This document shows positions 46,412 through 49,920 of a stretch of DNA of 49,920 nt, piece by piece; the first letter of the stretch is position 1; each line of letters begins with the position of its first letter. The stretch is from an uncultured Candidatus Saccharibacteria bacterium (GTDB taxonomy: Bacteria; Patescibacteriota; Minisyncoccia; 2-01-FULL-47-10; JBBTYX01): contig CAYTEF010000001.1 in the NCBI GenBank assembly GCA_964436845.1, positions 1-49,920 of the forward strand, written 5' to 3'. Made by a program: the position numbers and the translations under genes. The notes under the pieces are model-generated. The model made no database searches. It worked only from the letters and a program-made list of their open reading frames with translations, and was not told where the DNA came from.

Positions 46412-47512
46412 ATGCCCAAAAAAATATTAGCATCCAAGATCAAACTCAATACCATTTCCATCGGCGATGGTTCTCCCTGCTTAGTTATTCCCGAAGGATG
46501 CGATAACCATATGGGTTCGCTTGATCGGGCAAAGCGTATGGCCGAAGCGGCAAAGAAAGCGGGCGCAAAAATTATCAAATGGCAGCTCCACTTGCCCGAG
46601 GAGGAAATGGTCAAGGATGAAGCGATAAAAGCCTCAAAGAAGATGCTGAAAAAATGGGGATCCATCTGGCATTTTGTGGTAAGATTCCAGTTATCGGTAG
46701 ATGCCCATTATGGGTTGAAAAAATTTTGCGAGAATATCGGCATTCAATATTTTTGCACGCCCTTTTCCCTTAAAGCGGCCCAAATTCTTAATGAAATGGG
46801 GGTAAGCGGTTTCAAAATAGGTTCCGGAGAAACGGAAGATTTGCCGATGATTGAGGAGGTAGCAAAAATGAAAAAACCCATTATTGTCTCAACGGGCATG
46901 AGCGACCTTTCAGAAATTGATCTCACCGCAAAAGCGATGCGAAAAACACATTGCCCCTTTGCCCTTGCCCATTGCATGTCAATATATGCAAAGCAAGGGG
47001 TAAGCGAGCTCAATTACGGCGTGATCCCGATGTTTAAAGAACGCTATGGGGTTCCCGTAGGACTTTCGGATCACACTCCCCCGGAGTCCATAAAAGCGAA
47101 GGATGGCACTATGGTAAGCCACGAAGCCCGCATTTGGGGTGCGGTTCATCAGGGCGCAAACTTTATTGAAAAACACTTTACCCTTGATCGCAAGCAACCC
47201 GACGCGGACAGTTGCTTCTCATTAAATCCCGCAGACCTTAAAACTCTGATTGAAACGGTAAAGGCAGCCCAGGAAGCAATGGGAAGCGAACGAAAAGTCT
47301 TCAAAAAGGAAGAAGGGGTCGCAAAGTGGGCGAAGAGAAGCCTTGTCAGCGCCGTTGATATTGCCCAGGGAACAGCTATTACGCGTTCCATGCTCACCTC
47401 AAAACGTCCGGGAACCGGCATTCGCTCAAAAGACTATCAAAAAGTAATTGGGAAGAAAGCGCGCGCATTTATTGCAAAAAATACGCTCCTCCAATGGGAT
47501 CACCTCAAGTGA
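46412..47512 (+). CDS. NeuB-family nonulosonic acid synthase-like protein (paralogue 2)
   Basis: LVIPEGCDNHMGSLDRAKRMAEAAKKAGAKIIKWQ, FKIGSGE, VGLSDHT and a C-terminal SAF-like domain (RSLVSAVDIAQGTAITRSML). Confidence 0.72.
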   Translation: MPKKILASKIKLNTISIGDGSPCLVIPEGCDNHMGSLDRAKRMAEAAKKAGAKIIKWQLHLPEEEMVKDEAIKASKKMLKKWGSIWHFVVRFQLSVDAHYGLKKFCENIGIQYFCTPFSLKAAQILNEMGVSGFKIGSGETEDLPMIEEVAKMKKPIIVSTGMSDLSEIDLTAKAMRKTHCPFALAHCMSIYAKQGVSELNYGVIPMFKERYGVPVGLSDHTPPESIKAKDGTMVSHEARIWGAVHQGANFIEKHFTLDRKQPDADSCFSLNPADLKTLIETVKAAQEAMGSERKVFKKEEGVAKWAKRSLVSAVDIAQGTAITRSMLTSKRPGTGIRSKDYQKVIGKKARAFIAKNTLLQWDHLK

Positions 47513-47520
47513 CAAAAAAA

Positions 47521-48657
47521 ATGCGGGTGGTTGTCGTCTCAGAAAGGCGCGCCGACTATTCGCGATTCAAGCCAATTTTGTCGCTCATGAGAAGCGATCC
47601 TTTTTTTGATTATAGATTAATCGTCACGGGAATAAGTCTTCTTAAAGAATATGGGGAAGATATTCTACAGATTCAACGCGATGGATTTAAGATTGCGGCC
47701 ACAATTCCGATGTACCGCGAAAAAGCACCAGATACGGGAGCGGAAATGACACGCGCATACAGCAGGATTATGACAGGACTCGCTAATACATTTGAAAACC
47801 TCAAACCGGATTTGGTATTAACCGGCTTTGACATTGGGGCAAACTTTACCGCCGCGGTCGTGGGAGCTCATATGAATATTCCCGTGGGGCATATTCAAGG
47901 AGGAGAAGTTACTGGCAGTATTGACGAATCCTTGCGCCACGCGATGTCAAAATTTGCTCATATCCATTTTCCCGCCACGAAAGATGCCGCACGAAGGTTA
48001 AGAAGAATGGGAGAAAATCCTCGTTTTATTTTTGTGGTTGGCTGCCCTTCCATTGATGTACTCCTTCAAGCACCCGCAATGACAAGGCGGGAGGTTATAG
48101 CGCTTTTGGGATTTCCGAGGGATGAACCTTACCTTCTCATTGTCCAGCACCCCGTAACGACCGAAGTGAACGAAACAAAATGGCAGATAAGCGAACTCTT
48201 AAAAGCCGTCAGAGAAACGCGCATGCAATCAATCGTGCTCTATCCTAATAACGACGCTGGCACGAGCGCCATTGTTTCGGGAATAAAGGACTCTCCAATC
48301 CGCCACGTAAAAAGTTTCCCTCCCGAAATTTTTGCCAACGTCATGCGTTACTCTGCCGCGTTTGTGGGAAACGCCTCTACCGGCATTCATGAAACCGCAA
48401 CGTTTCACGTGCCCACCGTAAATATAGGAACCCGTCAGCAGGGAAGGGAACGCGCGAAAAATGTCATTGATGTTAACTACGACAAAGAGAGCATTATTCA
48501 GGGCATCCGTAAAGCGATCTACGACGAAGGCTTCAAGCAGATGATTAAAAAAATAAAAAACCCTTACGGCGATGGACACTCCGCCTTTCGGATTTTGAAC
48601 ATTCTCAAAAAACTTGATCTTAAAAGCGTTCCTTTGCAGAAACGCTTCATTGATTGA
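47521..48657 (+). CDS. neuC: UDP-N-acetylglucosamine 2-epimerase, hydrolysing type (NeuC/LegG-like)
   Basis: MRVVVVSERRADYSRFKPIL, HIQGGEVTGSIDESLRHAMSKFAHIHF and NPRFIFVVGCPSID. Confidence 0.8.
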   Translation: MRVVVVSERRADYSRFKPILSLMRSDPFFDYRLIVTGISLLKEYGEDILQIQRDGFKIAATIPMYREKAPDTGAEMTRAYSRIMTGLANTFENLKPDLVLTGFDIGANFTAAVVGAHMNIPVGHIQGGEVTGSIDESLRHAMSKFAHIHFPATKDAARRLRRMGENPRFIFVVGCPSIDVLLQAPAMTRREVIALLGFPRDEPYLLIVQHPVTTEVNETKWQISELLKAVRETRMQSIVLYPNNDAGTSAIVSGIKDSPIRHVKSFPPEIFANVMRYSAAFVGNASTGIHETATFHVPTVNIGTRQQGRERAKNVIDVNYDKESIIQGIRKAIYDEGFKQMIKKIKNPYGDGHSAFRILNILKKLDLKSVPLQKRFID

Positions 48658-48666
48658 GAGGATTGT

Positions 48667-49920
48667 ATGCAAAAAACTTCTTCCCGAGCCATAGTCTTTT
48701 ATTCAGATATTCCTCGCTTATTTCGGAGCACACTCATAGGATATCTCTACGAGATCGCGAACAAGTACCCCGTCGTTCTCGCATCCGAAGATCTTGATCC
48801 TCACACAAGACGCCTGCTTGAAAATAAAACTTTCTTCCCGCTGTTAAAAAAAGTTATTCCCGTTCATCAATTCACTCCTACTCCCCTGAAAGGGTTTAGG
48901 AAATATTCATACCTCCATAAATTAGCAAAGCGCATCATAGCCAAAGAAAAACCTGATTTAGTTTTCGCCACCGGCACATACCCATTTGAAACTTTACTGA
49001 GACGCGAGGCAACAAGATCGGGTGCTCTCACAATTTCTGCTATTGGACCAATTTATGGTAAGACGCAAGAACGAAGCTTGTATCACCTATTAAATAGAGC
49101 GTACGATATGCCGCCCCATGGACTTCCCTTAGGACTGAAAATGCCAATCGTAAAATTGCGAAAATTTCTTGCACACCTTCTCTATTATGCGGTATTTCCT
49201 ATGCTTGTCGGAATGAATCCGCTCCTAAAAAGTCCCAGCTTCCCTTATATTACCGAGTACCGACGATTCAGGCACGGCGCTGATTATTACCTTACCTTCC
49301 TGAAAGAAGACGGCACCTCCCTTATCAAAGAAGGAGTCCCTTCCGAAAAACTTATTCTCATACGGCATCCTCTGGAAGGCGCTTCACGGGCATTCTTTGA
49401 GGAGGCCTATTTCGCGGACATTAAAAAACCCTTTTCCAAAGAAACAAAAACAGTTACTATAGTATGGCCGGAGCCGCGCGTTGGCTTTCGCAAAAAAAGC
49501 CTCTCTCTTATCTCACAAAAAGAGATTGAGGCGATGAATGAAAGGGTTCTCGCGCTCACCTGTCACACTCTCAATCGCTGGAAGGTTATTATAAAACCTC
49601 ATCCAGGGATGCGCGATGCCCGAATACTCAAAAAACGATTCGCTTCGCAATACCCTTCAGTTATAATCACCCATCCGCGCCAAGCCATTGATTCGTACAT
49701 TCAAATGAGCGACCTCATCATCGGACTGCCGCCGGTAAGTACGGCGCTATATACTGCCTCTCTTCAATGTCCGGGAACGCCCATTCTATCCATAGATTTC
49801 CAAAAGGAATTATTGGGAGACTGCTTTAAGGAATTCACAGGTATTGAATACATTGATGGCGAAAAAAAATTAACAGCCGCGCTTTCCTCTATACGTGATA
49901 ACACATATAAAAAAAGCGTA
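48667..49920 (+). CDS. GT-B-type transferase, 3'-truncated by the window end (TagF/sialyltransferase-like)
   Basis: I translated it by hand: 418 codons from ATG 48667 with no stop, reaching the window edge. It contains LKEDGTS and, about 90 residues later, VIIKPHPGMRD. Confidence 0.6.
   Translation, partial: MQKTSSRAIVFYSDIPRLFRSTLIGYLYEIANKYPVVLASEDLDPHTRRLLENKTFFPLLKKVIPVHQFTPTPLKGFRKYSYLHKLAKRIIAKEKPDLVFATGTYPFETLLRREATRSGALTISAIGPIYGKTQERSLYHLLNRAYDMPPHGLPLGLKMPIVKLRKFLAHLLYYAVFPMLVGMNPLLKSPSFPYITEYRRFRHGADYYLTFLKEDGTSLIKEGVPSEKLILIRHPLEGASRAFFEEAYFADIKKPFSKETKTVTIVWPEPRVGFRKKSLSLISQKEIEAMNERVLALTCHTLNRWKVIIKPHPGMRDARILKKRFASQYPSVIITHPRQAIDSYIQMSDLIIGLPPVSTALYTASLQCPGTPILSIDFQKELLGDCFKEFTGIEYIDGEKKLTAALSSIRDNTYKKSV

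Overview
This 49.9 kb window has no rRNA genes and no obvious mobile elements. By gene content it looks like a small-genome, uncultivated bacterium, but that is inference only.

Left end (1-9.8 kb):
- tRNA-Ile(GAT) sits directly upstream of a shortened ychF.
- All on the minus strand come a small unassigned ORF, a SWIM zinc-finger gene and a complete type V-A CRISPR-Cas locus in the canonical order cas12a-cas4-cas1-cas2-array.
- The array has 16 identical 36-bp repeats ending in AATTTCTACTTTTGTAGAT and 15 spacers of 25-28 bp. No tracrRNA-like anti-repeat was seen.
- cas12a is split into two ORFs (819 and 534 aa) by a one-base deficit in an A7 run. All RuvC and Nuc signature motifs remain intact.
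- The SWIM gene's ATG lies one nucleotide after the terminal repeat.
- The 412-bp region upstream of cas12a holds a near-consensus promoter, a terminator-like hairpin flanked by A6 and T6, and a divergent promoter plus hairpin-terminator unit that could be a small RNA.

Middle (9.8-15.2 kb):
- An orphan secreted protein on the minus strand.
- A four-gene plus-strand operon encoding a beta-carbonic-anhydrase-like protein, SucC-like and SucD-like proteins, and a short citrate-synthase-like protein. In the same order as ATP-citrate lyase domains, the last three resemble a split citryl-CoA synthetase plus citryl-CoA lyase.

Remainder (15.2-49.9 kb), one large glycan-biosynthesis island:
- A full UDP-ManNAc3NAcA-type pathway (WbpA, WbpB, WbpD, WbpE and WbpI-like).
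- GDP-fucose genes (gmd, fcl) and rfbF.
- An RfbH/ColD-type 3-dehydratase and RmlC/RmlD-like, UXS-like and Ugd-like enzymes.
- Several glycosyltransferases, a Wzx flippase and methyltransferases.
- Two divergent NeuB-like nonulosonic-acid synthases with a cytidylyltransferase, a NeuC-like epimerase, a PseB-like dehydratase and a class-III aminotransferase.
- A 3'-truncated GT-B ORF carrying sialyltransferase-like E-D-G and HP motifs.

Several promoters abut their start codons, which suggests leaderless or near-leaderless mRNAs. All calls come from reading the sequence and ORF translations; no database search was possible.
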